Source of the DNA: Alphaproteobacteria bacterium
GTDB lineage: Bacteria > Pseudomonadota > Alphaproteobacteria > Rs-D84
Direction: 5' to 3'
NCBI GenBank assembly: GCA_031555055.1
Contig: JAVBUT010000002.1
Span: 75,370-139,369 of the forward strand
Length of the DNA: 64,000 bases
Below the pieces are notes generated by a model. The model searched no databases, had not been told where the DNA came from, and was given only the letters and a program-made list of their open reading frames with translations. The translations under genes and the position numbers were made by a program. Of the stretch, positions 36,573 through 45,596 are shown one piece after another. How positions within the stretch are numbered: the stretch's first letter is position 1; each line of letters opens with the position of its first letter.

Positions 36573-37190
36573 ATGAAACATTTTTTGTTCATCATTATTT
36601 TTGTATTTTCTATCGCGCCTTCTGTTTTTGCCGACGAGTGCCTTTCGTACAAGCTGAATCCGAATATCGAAATACTTGTCCCAGAATGGCGCAAAGAAAT
36701 CGTACAGCCGATAAAACACATGGATTTATGGCATGGAAATGTTGTTGCCACACTGTCTGAAAACTATGACATAACAGGTGACACAACATATATCGAAGAC
36801 GGTATCTGTGTCAGTCTGCGCGATGTTTCCGCCATGGTCGGATACAGCGATTTTCTTGTCCAGGTTGATTCGCGACATATGCCAAATTCATGCACATACA
36901 ACGCGGTTTTGTCTCATGAAGACGAACATATTCGCGCATACTTGTCTGTGATTGATGATTATAAAAACGATATTCGCTCTGCCGTGTCGACGGCGTCTAA
37001 TTCGATAATGCCGGTGTTTGTGCGCGATATATCTGAAATAGACGGTGCTTTGGACATATTGCACGACAAGCTGCAACAACATCCGGAAGTAATATTGATA
37101 AAGCAAAAAATCCAAGCAGAACAAGAAATCCGTAACAAACGTGTCGACCAACACGACCATGGCAATACACTGAAACAGTGTATGAAATAA
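36573..37190 (+). CDS. secreted protein with HExxH motif (possible DUF922-like Zn peptidase)
   Basis: Signal peptide MKHFLFIIIFVFSIAPSVFA and a single HEDEH motif (LSHEDEHIRAY). The family assignment rests on the motif only. Confidence 0.35.
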   Translation: MKHFLFIIIFVFSIAPSVFADECLSYKLNPNIEILVPEWRKEIVQPIKHMDLWHGNVVATLSENYDITGDTTYIEDGICVSLRDVSAMVGYSDFLVQVDSRHMPNSCTYNAVLSHEDEHIRAYLSVIDDYKNDIRSAVSTASNSIMPVFVRDISEIDGALDILHDKLQQHPEVILIKQKIQAEQEIRNKRVDQHDHGNTLKQCMK

Positions 37191-37292
37191 TTAAACAGTA
37201 TTTAACTTTATGTTTCATTCTGCTCCAGAGTTTGTATCTTGAATAATCCGCTCTCTGTATTTTGTAATAAATAAAAGTATTTCACATTTACC

Positions 37293-37363
37293 GTCACCCC
37301 GTCGGACGACGGGGTCCAGAAGTATAAAGTGCCAATCCGTATTCCCGCCTGCGCGGGAATGAC
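37293..37363. repeat. two GC-rich REP-like hairpins
   Basis: gtcaccccgtc-ggac-gacggggtccag and attcccgcctgcgcgggaat (ATTCCC-N8-GGGAAT). Confidence 0.7.
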
Positions 37364-37504
37364 AAAAATAACAAAGTTGTTCTTATAAAAGAGACAAATT
37401 ATTGAACAGAGTAAAATAATTAAATAATGTTTTTCTTTAAATTTTATCGCCTAATAATACATATCCAAAAAAACACAAAACTCACCAAAATAGAATTATA
37501 GAAA

Positions 37505-37530
37505 TAAAAAATCCCCATAAACTGGGGGAA
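37505..37530 (-). terminator. terminator after initiator tRNA
   Basis: On the minus strand this reads ttcccc-cagtttat-ggggatttttt, directly 3' of the tRNA. Confidence 0.55.
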
Positions 37531-37532
37531 TT

Positions 37533-37609
<77 letters not shown>

Positions 37610-38170
37610 TCGAAATTGTTCGAGCAATGCCAAAATATCGTGTTTATTTGATATGGTTCTCTTTAATTTTGTCTTGTTATCTTTATATCCCGATGGATGT
37701 TTTATAACAAACAAAAAACAAAAACGTAATCAACGACATGGCAATATAAATGCGTCGAATAGGTCGTATTATATAGATATGCAGCCAAATGTCAAATAAA
37801 AAATGCCAAGGCGTTCAGTATAACTTTCCTGTCTTGGGTGGGTATCAGTATGTTCTGAATGATATGTAGTTCGTTTGTTGCGTAATGGGGTGTGGCTTGT
37901 TGTTTTATGTTGCAAAACAACCATAAGTTGAGTCGGTTTATATAAAAAACAAAAAGTTTTTAATTTGATAATATTGCCTGTTTCGCTGGATAGTATTCAA
38001 TCTCAGGTTGAATCAATGTTTTTTGTTAATGTAAAAATATTTGTGTTTTAGATGTATCTTCAACGGGTTATTGAATTTACAATTCTTAACTATTTGGAAA
38101 TAATATTTTTTTATTATCTTTATTTTCCAAATCTAGTGTTTATAATCTGGCGGGTAAAAGGACGACAAAA

Positions 38171-38788
38171 ATGAATAAGCCTTTATTAGTCTGGTTGCAT
38201 GGGTTTTGTTTTGATCATAATCGCGACACGGAATTTGTAAATAAACTGCGCGATGCACTGGGTGCGAATTTATTGAATATTGACGCGCCGCATATAGGTT
38301 CCAGACCGCGTGGAGGTTATATGTGGCATGATGTGCCAATAAAGCACCGGGCCGGCATAACACGCGAATTTGTTTCGGAATGCACAAGACAATTAAAAGT
38401 TAGTGCGGATCATATAAGAAAAACTGTAGAGGCAGAACTGGAGCGGTTGGGCCTGTCCTGGGGTGATGTTATTGTGGCCGGACATTCCCAGGGTGCGGAT
38501 ATGGCGGTGCGGTTTATTCTGCAGCATCAGCCGGTAAAGTACGCACTGTCTTTTTGTGGTGCAGATCCAGAATATACAATCCAGAAAAATATTAAATTTA
38601 AAACAACACCAATCATTTGGGTTGCCGGAATTGGTGATATAATTTTGCCACAAGAATATCGGAACTGTTGGATTGTGTATCGTGACGCTGGTGTCCCGGT
38701 TGAATACATGGAAACCGAATGTCGTGACAATGGCCATGATTATCCGCATGATACGATTATTCCAAAAGTTGTAGAGGCGATAAAATGA
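38171..38788 (+). CDS. alpha/beta hydrolase (phospholipase/carboxylesterase-like)
   Basis: LLVWLHGF and the nucleophile elbow GHSQGA, with late Asp/His candidates (GIGDIILP, NGHDYPHD). Confidence 0.6.
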   Translation: MNKPLLVWLHGFCFDHNRDTEFVNKLRDALGANLLNIDAPHIGSRPRGGYMWHDVPIKHRAGITREFVSECTRQLKVSADHIRKTVEAELERLGLSWGDVIVAGHSQGADMAVRFILQHQPVKYALSFCGADPEYTIQKNIKFKTTPIIWVAGIGDIILPQEYRNCWIVYRDAGVPVEYMETECRDNGHDYPHDTIIPKVVEAIK

Positions 38789-39693
38789 CAAAAATTAAAT
38801 TACATATTTCCTGCTTGTCTCCGGTGTCAAAAGACGCATTGGATTTGGTGCAAAATGATAAATATGAATTATCTTTTCAAGAAAAAATGGCATCAAATGA
38901 AGAAGAATTAATCGATCTGATTTCTGACAAGGATGCGGTGTATCTTGGCGGGGATGATTTCTTTTCAGAAAGAGTTTTGTGTGCTACAAAAAATTTAAGA
39001 TTACTTTCGTTTGGCGGAACCGGATATGATGTATTTATAGATTCCGAGGCAGCAAAAAAATTAGGAATCACCATAACAAATACACCGGGCGCTAACTCAC
39101 AATCCGTTGCGGAAATGGCGATAGGATTATGTTTAGACGCTTTACGAAAAATAACATTTACAAATAAAACACAAGTAAGACCTGTATCGCGTGAGCTCGG
39201 CAAGTTGAAAATAGGACTTATTGGATTTGGGAATATAAACAAATCGGTATATAGAATTCTGAAAGAAGGTTTCGGTGCGGATGTTCGCTATTGGAATAGA
39301 CATAGTAACGCAACGTCATTGGATGTTATTCTTTCGGAAAGTGATATTATCTTTATCGCGATTACGTCAAACAAAGAAACTAAAGATTTTATTGATGCGG
39401 ACAAAATAGCAAGAATGAAGGATGGTGTTATTTTGATAAATCCTGCCAGTCCAAGTCTGATAAACCATGAAGCTTTGCTGGCGGCCTTGAAATCTGGCAA
39501 GGTTTCATCAGTGGCGCAGGATGGATATTATGAGGATCAGGAATTTATAAAATTGGGCGCAGATAAATTTATTGCAACACCTCATATCGCTGCGCGCACA
39601 ATTGACGCATGGAACAAAACAGATATGGCAGCATTTCAAAATATTGTTGATTTTTTTGAAACTGGAACCAGCAAAAATATTGTAAACTTATAA
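38785..39693 (+). CDS. D-isomer-specific 2-hydroxyacid dehydrogenase family protein
   Basis: NAD fold GLIGFGNINKSV, catalytic-region pattern (LINPASPSLINHEAL, TPHIAART). The start overlaps the upstream stop (ATGA). Confidence 0.65.
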   Translation: MTKIKLHISCLSPVSKDALDLVQNDKYELSFQEKMASNEEELIDLISDKDAVYLGGDDFFSERVLCATKNLRLLSFGGTGYDVFIDSEAAKKLGITITNTPGANSQSVAEMAIGLCLDALRKITFTNKTQVRPVSRELGKLKIGLIGFGNINKSVYRILKEGFGADVRYWNRHSNATSLDVILSESDIIFIAITSNKETKDFIDADKIARMKDGVILINPASPSLINHEALLAALKSGKVSSVAQDGYYEDQEFIKLGADKFIATPHIAARTIDAWNKTDMAAFQNIVDFFETGTSKNIVNL

Positions 39694-39990
39694 AAACAAG
39701 AATAGAGTTAAAGACAAAATATAATGCTGTTCACGTGTCGTCAACCATAGGTTGAATTAACGGCTTTTAGTCAAATAGTGTTTTTCATTCTGCACAATTT
39801 TACTATAAAAAAACAGAAAGTCAGCAAAAATAAAATTTTTTTAACAGGTGTGATATTTTATGTTGAGTGTGGGAAAACTGTGCTATATTCCAAGTAGAGC
39901 GTATATTTTTCGTCCCCGCTCTGGACGACTAAGTGTGATGCATTCTTAATACCAACCAAGGGTCAGAGTGCTAGAGGGTTCTAAACCTGA

Positions 39991-40018
39991 AATCCCCGCT
40001 AATCACGGGGATTTTTTA
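39991..40018 (+). terminator. rho-independent terminator with no ORF upstream
   Basis: aaatccccg-ctaatca-cggggatttttta. The nearest upstream CDS ends at 39693. Confidence 0.6.
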
Positions 40019-40089
40019 TATTTGTTTTAATTTAAGATTGCTTTTGAATAATTATAGTCTAAAATCCGAAAACTCTAAGAGTCGAATAT

Positions 40090-40764
40090 ATGACCCATTC
40101 ACAAAACTCAATTATTCAATACAAACCGATGGTTGCGATTGCCGGTAAATCCGGGTCAGGAAAAACGACGCTGTTGAATGCGTTGAAAAGCGAATTCCCC
40201 AGTGCGCTGGCGATATCAGGCGGCGGGATTCTGCGCGCGATTGTGCACAGGCTGATCGAAGCAAAAGATAATTTAAATTCGCCGAATGTCGGTTTGATAA
40301 AATACTTTTTGGATAACGATCCGTCGCTGGTTTTGTCTGATATGAATCTGGGTGGCGAAGGTTATGCACAGCTGTCTGGCAAACTGATGTCAAATCCGCA
40401 GATTCAAAAATTGTTTATTGATTATTATGCCAATATCGCATGGCAGCGTGTGGATTGCAGTGCAGTGTTCTTTGATTCTCATTTGGAATACGGACCCGTA
40501 GGTAGAAATAGTGTCGTCGCTTTTCGTTTGATTGCGGAACCAGGCATCCGGGCGATCAGAAAATGGAATGATTATAAATTAAAAGATCCAGATGTATCGT
40601 TGTCGTCAGTTATTAAATCTGTTGAATCGCGTGACGCGGGTGATGCCAAACGTGACGGATATAATCAGAATGCAATAGAAATTGATACCAGTAAAATACC
40701 AGTTAATGCGGTTTGTGATATTGCGGCCGGCGCAATTCGCGATCGATTGCAGATATTGCGATAA
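40090..40764 (+). CDS. P-loop NTPase/kinase-like protein
   Basis: Walker A IAGKSGSGKTTLLNAL near the N-terminus. The rest is unrecognised. Confidence 0.45.
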   Translation: MTHSQNSIIQYKPMVAIAGKSGSGKTTLLNALKSEFPSALAISGGGILRAIVHRLIEAKDNLNSPNVGLIKYFLDNDPSLVLSDMNLGGEGYAQLSGKLMSNPQIQKLFIDYYANIAWQRVDCSAVFFDSHLEYGPVGRNSVVAFRLIAEPGIRAIRKWNDYKLKDPDVSLSSVIKSVESRDAGDAKRDGYNQNAIEIDTSKIPVNAVCDIAAGAIRDRLQILR

Positions 40765-40876
40765 ATTCCAAAAACATATAAAAACACCGGTGTTTTTATA
40801 TAATTTTCATGAAATTCCTAAATTGTTGAAATTTTTGTTTTATCTTGCTAGTATCAGCAATAATTTGAGGATTAGC

Positions 40877-41650
40877 ATGAAAAAGACATTTAGAAAAGTT
40901 TGGAAAGGTTTTTGGGAACCGATTTTACGTCTGCCGGTTATGCAATGGGTTGTGGCGATACTGATGTCGCTGGCGATATGGCTGGTTTATTACACCAGCT
41001 GGCGCAAGATAAACAGGGAAGGTCGCCAAATATTCCGCGCGTATCGCAAAAAAGCCGCAGTATTCGTATTCTGGCACGGGCGATCAATGATGTTGTCGCC
41101 AATTGTACGCCGATACGGAATTCGTGGATACGCGGTGTCATCCCGTCACCGCGACGGCCGCATGATGGCGAAACTGCAGCGGTTGTTCGGATTAAAGCCG
41201 ATCTATGGCAGTACGTCCGAAGGCGGCGTGTCCGTTCTGCGCCAGGGTGTGCGCATTCTGCGCGACGGCAAGAATGTCGTCTGTCTGTCGCCGGACGGCC
41301 CGTCTGGGCCCAGCTTGCGCGTTCAGGACGGCGCGCTGTATTTTGCGAAAATGTCCGGCGCACCGATTATTCCAGTATGCTTTTCATGTTCGCGCCCTTG
41401 GTTTCAAAACCGTTGGGACCGGTATCTGATTGCAAAGCCGCTGTGCCAGATCAGATGTAATGTTGGCAAGCCTGTGTTTGTCGACGCCAAGGCCGGCAAG
41501 GAAGAATTCGAAAAAATAAGAAAAGACCTGGAAGACTTTATGGTATGGCAGACGCGCAGCATGGACGCGCAATTTACCAAGTTCCAAGTCGAACAAGATC
41601 AGGACGCAACAAGCTTTAAAGACAAACAACGCGCACAGAAAAAGAAATAA
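40877..41650 (+). CDS. DUF374-family (lysophospholipid acyltransferase-like) protein
   Basis: GAGGA precedes ATG 40877. It has an N-terminal TM segment, FVFWHGRSMM and LSPDGPSGP, which are typical DUF374 motifs. In alphaproteobacteria this family commonly sits beside lpxK or waaA. Confidence 0.6.
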   Translation: MKKTFRKVWKGFWEPILRLPVMQWVVAILMSLAIWLVYYTSWRKINREGRQIFRAYRKKAAVFVFWHGRSMMLSPIVRRYGIRGYAVSSRHRDGRMMAKLQRLFGLKPIYGSTSEGGVSVLRQGVRILRDGKNVVCLSPDGPSGPSLRVQDGALYFAKMSGAPIIPVCFSCSRPWFQNRWDRYLIAKPLCQIRCNVGKPVFVDAKAGKEEFEKIRKDLEDFMVWQTRSMDAQFTKFQVEQDQDATSFKDKQRAQKKK

Positions 41651-41658
41651 TTTCCATT

Positions 41659-42603
41659 ATGAAAACACCGTCGTGGTTTCTTAAAAAGAATTTTGCGGCA
41701 TACGCTTTGCTGCCGATTGCGGTTTTGTATTATTTGATTTCCAAAACTGTGTATATTTGCCGGTCTTTTGGTCAAAAAACATCAAAAAGGCCGGTAATTT
41801 GCATTGGAAACATTCTGGCCGGCGGGGTCGGCAAAACACCGATAGTCATGCAGGTGGCAAAACGTCTGTCTGCGCCGGTTGTTATGCGTGGGTATAAAAG
41901 GAAAAAGGAATCAGAAATCAGAAATCAGAAACTTGGCGATGAAGCAACGATGATGAAAAATTATGGTATCGATGTATATGTTGGAAATCGGGCAAAAAAT
42001 ATTGCGATTTTAAATCAAAAATCAAAAATCACAAATCACAAATCCCCGATCGTCATGGACGATGGCTTTCAAAATCCGACGGTTAAAAAGGACGTATCGG
42101 TTCTGGTGTTTGATGAAAAGATCGGTGTTGGAAATGGATTTATTCTGCCGGCGGGACCGTTGCGCGAACCGATGTGCGCGATCCGTCGCGCGGATGCGGT
42201 GATAGTTATCAGGAATCAGAAATCAGAAATCAGGAATCAGGAATTTATGGGCAAAATTACGCGTTATGAGAAGCCGGTGTTTTTTGCAACAAATAGAAAT
42301 ATTATGCCCAAGGGTGCAAAGCGTACGATTGCATTCGCCGGTATCGGATATCCGCAGAAATTCTTTGAAGCACTGGATGATAGTGTTATTGACACATATG
42401 CATTCCCGGATCATTATGAATACAAAAAAACAGATATAAGAAAGTTGTTAAGGATTGCGAAAAAACATAATGCGTCGCTTGTCACGACTGCAAAGGACTG
42501 GGTGCGTTTGCCCGAAGATATACAGAACAGGGTACGTGTCGCAAAATTAGAAACAGTGATAGAGCCGGCGTTCTGGACATGGCTGGGGGATAAATTGAAA
42601 TGA
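41659..42603 (+). CDS. lpxK: tetraacyldisaccharide 4'-kinase with three repeat-encoded insertions
   Basis: P-loop GNILAGGVGKTP, DDGFQN, PAGPLREP, and C-terminal TTAKD. Confidence 0.85.
   Translation: MKTPSWFLKKNFAAYALLPIAVLYYLISKTVYICRSFGQKTSKRPVICIGNILAGGVGKTPIVMQVAKRLSAPVVMRGYKRKKESEIRNQKLGDEATMMKNYGIDVYVGNRAKNIAILNQKSKITNHKSPIVMDDGFQNPTVKKDVSVLVFDEKIGVGNGFILPAGPLREPMCAIRRADAVIVIRNQKSEIRNQEFMGKITRYEKPVFFATNRNIMPKGAKRTIAFAGIGYPQKFFEALDDSVIDTYAFPDHYEYKKTDIRKLLRIAKKHNASLVTTAKDWVRLPEDIQNRVRVAKLETVIEPAFWTWLGDKLK
41907..41934 (+). repeat. 7-nt array 1 in lpxK
   Basis: ggaatca gaaatca gaaatca gaaactt, translated as ESEIRNQKL. Confidence 0.85.
42011..42045 (+). repeat. 7-nt array 2 in lpxK
   Basis: aaatca aaaatca aaaatca caaatca caaatcc, translated as NQKSKITNHKS. 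Confidence 0.85.
42211..42245 (+). repeat. 7-nt array 3 in lpxK
   Basis: aggaatc agaaatc agaaatc aggaatc aggaatt, translated as RNQKSEIRNQEF. Confidence 0.85.
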
Positions 42604-43529
42604 GAACATTTGAAAAGCAAATAAAATTCTCTGGTATCGGAATCCATTCCGGTGCGCCGGTGCATGTGACGGTAAAGCCGTCAAAGCGGCCGGGAATATT
42701 CTTTAGGCGCACGGACATGCCGGGCACGAAATTAATTCCGGCAAAATACGACAATGTCGGCGAAAGCAACCTGCGCAACACAACCGTCGGCGATGTTCGC
42801 GGCGCGCATGTACAAACAATAGAACATATGATGGCGGCACTGTTCCTGGTCGGCGTGGATAGCGCGGTGATTGAGATTGACGGCCCAGAGACCCCGATTC
42901 TGGACGGCAGCGCGATGGAATTTTACAATATGTTTTCGTCTGTTAAAACAATCGGAAAGTCCATAAAAAAAATCATTATAAAAAAAGAAATAGTTGTTAA
43001 AAAAAGCGAGATACTAAAACATTTGCCGCTGGTTACGCGGATAATGGTTGTTGTTCACGACTGGGTTCTGGGGCGACGCAACAACGGGTTTATGCGGCTG
43101 TCGCCTAATCCGGCGGGTTTGAACATCAAGGCGACCATGGATTATCCGGACAAGATAATCGGGCGCCAGACATTCGAATATCTGTTTGCAGCGGATAAAA
43201 AATCCATAGATAAGTTTGTTTCAGAAATTGCACCTGCGCGCACGTTCGGAAGATATTCCGAATGGGAATACCTGAAGTCGCGCGGCATGGCGCGCGGCGC
43301 GTCGGAAAAAAATGTGATCGCGCTGAATGACAAGGGCGACGGAACCTTGAACGGGCTTAAATGGCCGGACGAATTCGTGCGGCACCAGATAATCGACGTG
43401 CTGGGCGATATGTTCACGTCCGGCGGAATGATCGTCGGAAACATAGAGTTGTACAAGGGTGGGCACGCGATGAACAACATCGCGCTGAAAAAACTGTTCA
43501 GCGATCGGGCAAATTATGATATAGTATGA
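42600..43529 (+). CDS. lpxC: UDP-3-O-acyl-N-acetylglucosamine deacetylase
   Basis: FSGIGIHSGAPV, QTIEHMMAAL, GPETPILDGSA and a C-terminal HAMNN motif. Confidence 0.9.
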   Translation: MRTFEKQIKFSGIGIHSGAPVHVTVKPSKRPGIFFRRTDMPGTKLIPAKYDNVGESNLRNTTVGDVRGAHVQTIEHMMAALFLVGVDSAVIEIDGPETPILDGSAMEFYNMFSSVKTIGKSIKKIIIKKEIVVKKSEILKHLPLVTRIMVVVHDWVLGRRNNGFMRLSPNPAGLNIKATMDYPDKIIGRQTFEYLFAADKKSIDKFVSEIAPARTFGRYSEWEYLKSRGMARGASEKNVIALNDKGDGTLNGLKWPDEFVRHQIIDVLGDMFTSGGMIVGNIELYKGGHAMNNIALKKLFSDRANYDIV

Positions 43530-43565
43530 TCAGTATTTGGTCACTAGTGAATCAGGAGATTCGAA

Positions 43566-43964
43566 ATGAAAAAAATATTTATTCTGGTGCTTGCGCTTGT
43601 GCTGGTTGGTTGCGGAAACATGGTAAAAAATGAAAACGGCAGCGAATATCTGGTACAGCTGGATTCCGAACCGATCGGTTGCGTATATCTGTACAAGCTG
43701 GAATCCGAAGTGTCCGTATATGACACAGACGATGCGCGCAGATATTTGGAAAACAGGATCGCGGACCAGTCGCGCCCGGGTAACGCCTATTGGATCACCA
43801 GCCAACGCACGCGCCCGAACGAATGGGTCGTGTTTGGTCCGGAACGCGCGTTTGTTTTGAACGCGAACGTTTACGATTGTCCGAATCCTAAAAATATCAA
43901 GACTGCAAAATCAGCCAAGACATCACCGTCGCAACCGGCAGACATGTACGGAATAATGTATTAA
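43566..43964 (+). CDS. lipoprotein (possibly DUF4156-like)
   Basis: Lipobox LVLVGC-GN. The family guess comes only from overall pattern. Confidence 0.5.
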   Translation: MKKIFILVLALVLVGCGNMVKNENGSEYLVQLDSEPIGCVYLYKLESEVSVYDTDDARRYLENRIADQSRPGNAYWITSQRTRPNEWVVFGPERAFVLNANVYDCPNPKNIKTAKSAKTSPSQPADMYGIMY

Positions 43965-43990
43965 AAAAACCGGCCGACCGGCCGGTTTTT
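43965..43990 (+). terminator. rho-independent terminator
   Basis: aaaaaaccggcc-gacc-ggccggtttttt. Confidence 0.7.
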
Positions 43991-44259
43991 TAGTCGATAG
44001 TCATTAGTAGGGGCGCAGTCCGAAACGCGCCCCCTACATAAAAAAAAGTATGTCACCCCCCTCGGTCGCTTTGCGACCACTCCCCCCGCAAGCGGGGTGA
44101 GACGCGACAGAGCGTAGGGGCGCATACTTGCGCCCTTTGTTTCTCGTACGCGCGGGTTTGTAGGGGCGCAGTCCGAAACGCGCCATCTGATTTAACTGGG
44201 TTGCTTCGCGTTCGCTCGCAATGACGGATTTGTTCTTAATCACTAAATACTATCGACTA
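43991..44259. mobile_element. MITE-like composite repeat with 18-bp terminal inverted repeats
   Basis: The left end is tagtcgatagtcattagt (43991-44008). The reverse complement of the right end (44242-44259) is tagtcgatagtatttagt, a 16/18 match. The interior is packed with GC-rich hairpins (gtaggggcgca... three times, plus an RPE-like core at 44078-44108) and has no ORF. Confidence 0.4.
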
Positions 44260-44330
44260 ACGACTAATAACTAATTGCTAAATATTTCATATTTGTGTTA
44301 TAATCATACGTACGCAGAGAGAGAAGCGAA

Positions 44331-45596
44331 TTGGTACAGCAAGTTATTTCCATTGACAGAAAAAAATATGCCGTCAGTTTATTCTGGCAGCCTGTCGCCA
44401 GCGGCTTTGTCGCGCGCAATTACGCGCGCAGCCTGTCACGTTCAGTCGATCGAAAGTTAAATCTTTTTTCAGAGTATCGTGCTATGGTCGGTCTGGGTGC
44501 GCGCCGATTTGGTCATCGGTCCGGTATGCCGTCCGCCGCCGCCGAGGTTATGGAATCTTTCGCAGAATTTTCATCGTTTTTGGCGGCATTCAAGGTGGAA
44601 AATAATTTTTGGATCGTCGCTGTACGCAATGGGATAATTTTACAGGACGCGCTGTTTGAAACAGAATCTGCAGCACGTAACGAATATTTGCGCCTGTCAG
44701 GGATGCCAGATTGGGGGTCTGTTTTTGCGCCGGGGTCTTGGTCCATGCCGCGCGCGGTTGAAAAACGGGTCGAAGATGTGGTGACCGGAAATGTCAAGGC
44801 GACACTGCACACGATCAGCCGATTCAAGGCGAACTTTTTGGCGCTGCTGTTGCTGGGGGCGCTTGTCTTGGGATTGGGGTATTTGTTTCATGAACCGATC
44901 GTCAAGGTTTTTGCGCCAAAGCCGCAAGTGTCAGAAATAGACCCGGTGCTGGCTGAAAAATACAAAAGACAAATCGAAGAAAAAAATAAGGAGTTGGATC
45001 AGAAATACGGTCCGCGCGGTGATGTTTCCGCGCCGGAACCTGTGCTTATGCCATATGACCTGTTGCCCGATCCCCAGGCGCGTGCGCGAATATGCTATGC
45101 GGCGACCGGATTTTTGATGCAGCCGATCCCCGGCTGGGTCCAGACAAGTATCGAATGCAACGAGACGCATGCCATAGCCGTGTTTCAACGCGGATTTGGA
45201 AATCTGGCCGATTTTTACGAAGTGGCATCCGGACTGATGCCTGGTGTTTTTGTCGAAGAAAAATCAGAATCTGAAATTCGTGTCACGGCGAAACTGCCGG
45301 GGTTGGTGACTTATTCGTCACTGGAAGAAAAAGACCCGGACACGATTGCGCGCGAAGTAAACACTGCATTCCAACGTCTGGATATGACCGTCGACACAAA
45401 CATTGCGGTCGATCCGGTTAATGACGTGAATGGCGTGAGAAACCTGAATGTCGTCGAAGTTGGTGCAAAATCAAAACTGATCCCGATGGAATTTATGAAA
45501 ATATTCGGCGATCTGTACGGCGTCTATATGACACTGGCCGCGTGGGATGTAAAAAGCAGAACCTGGAACTATGAGGTGATAATCTATGCAAAATAA
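44331..45596 (+). CDS. bitopic membrane protein, PilO(R64)/PilO2/BfpC-position protein of type IVb pilus systems
   Basis: 421 aa with one central TM segment (FLALLLLGALVLGLGYLF). The N-terminus ISIDRKKYAVSLFWQPV resembles my recollection of the IncI1/ICE PilO family. Its position, two genes upstream of the ATPase, fits. Confidence 0.4.
   Translation: MVQQVISIDRKKYAVSLFWQPVASGFVARNYARSLSRSVDRKLNLFSEYRAMVGLGARRFGHRSGMPSAAAEVMESFAEFSSFLAAFKVENNFWIVAVRNGIILQDALFETESAARNEYLRLSGMPDWGSVFAPGSWSMPRAVEKRVEDVVTGNVKATLHTISRFKANFLALLLLGALVLGLGYLFHEPIVKVFAPKPQVSEIDPVLAEKYKRQIEEKNKELDQKYGPRGDVSAPEPVLMPYDLLPDPQARARICYAATGFLMQPIPGWVQTSIECNETHAIAVFQRGFGNLADFYEVASGLMPGVFVEEKSESEIRVTAKLPGLVTYSSLEEKDPDTIAREVNTAFQRLDMTVDTNIAVDPVNDVNGVRNLNVVEVGAKSKLIPMEFMKIFGDLYGVYMTLAAWDVKSRTWNYEVIIYAK

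Noticed and set aside
37339-37358. Neisseria dRS3-type repeat (ATTCCC-N8-GGGAAT) as evidence of a link to that repeat family
   Set aside because: It is a single occurrence of a short palindromic pattern within a local REP-like hairpin. That is not sufficient to infer a relationship.
39896-39928. H-type pseudoknot formed by AGAGCG/CGCTCT and TCGTCC/GGACGA
   Set aside because: The second strand of stem 1 is followed immediately by the second strand of stem 2, leaving a zero-length connecting loop. Both helices therefore cannot coexist sterically. I treat them as alternative hairpins instead.
40682-40876. Upstream extension of the DUF374 gene (the 322-aa version)
   Set aside because: It would overlap the preceding P-loop gene by more than 80 nt. 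GAGGA followed by ATG 40877 gives a typical basic N-terminus and TM segment.
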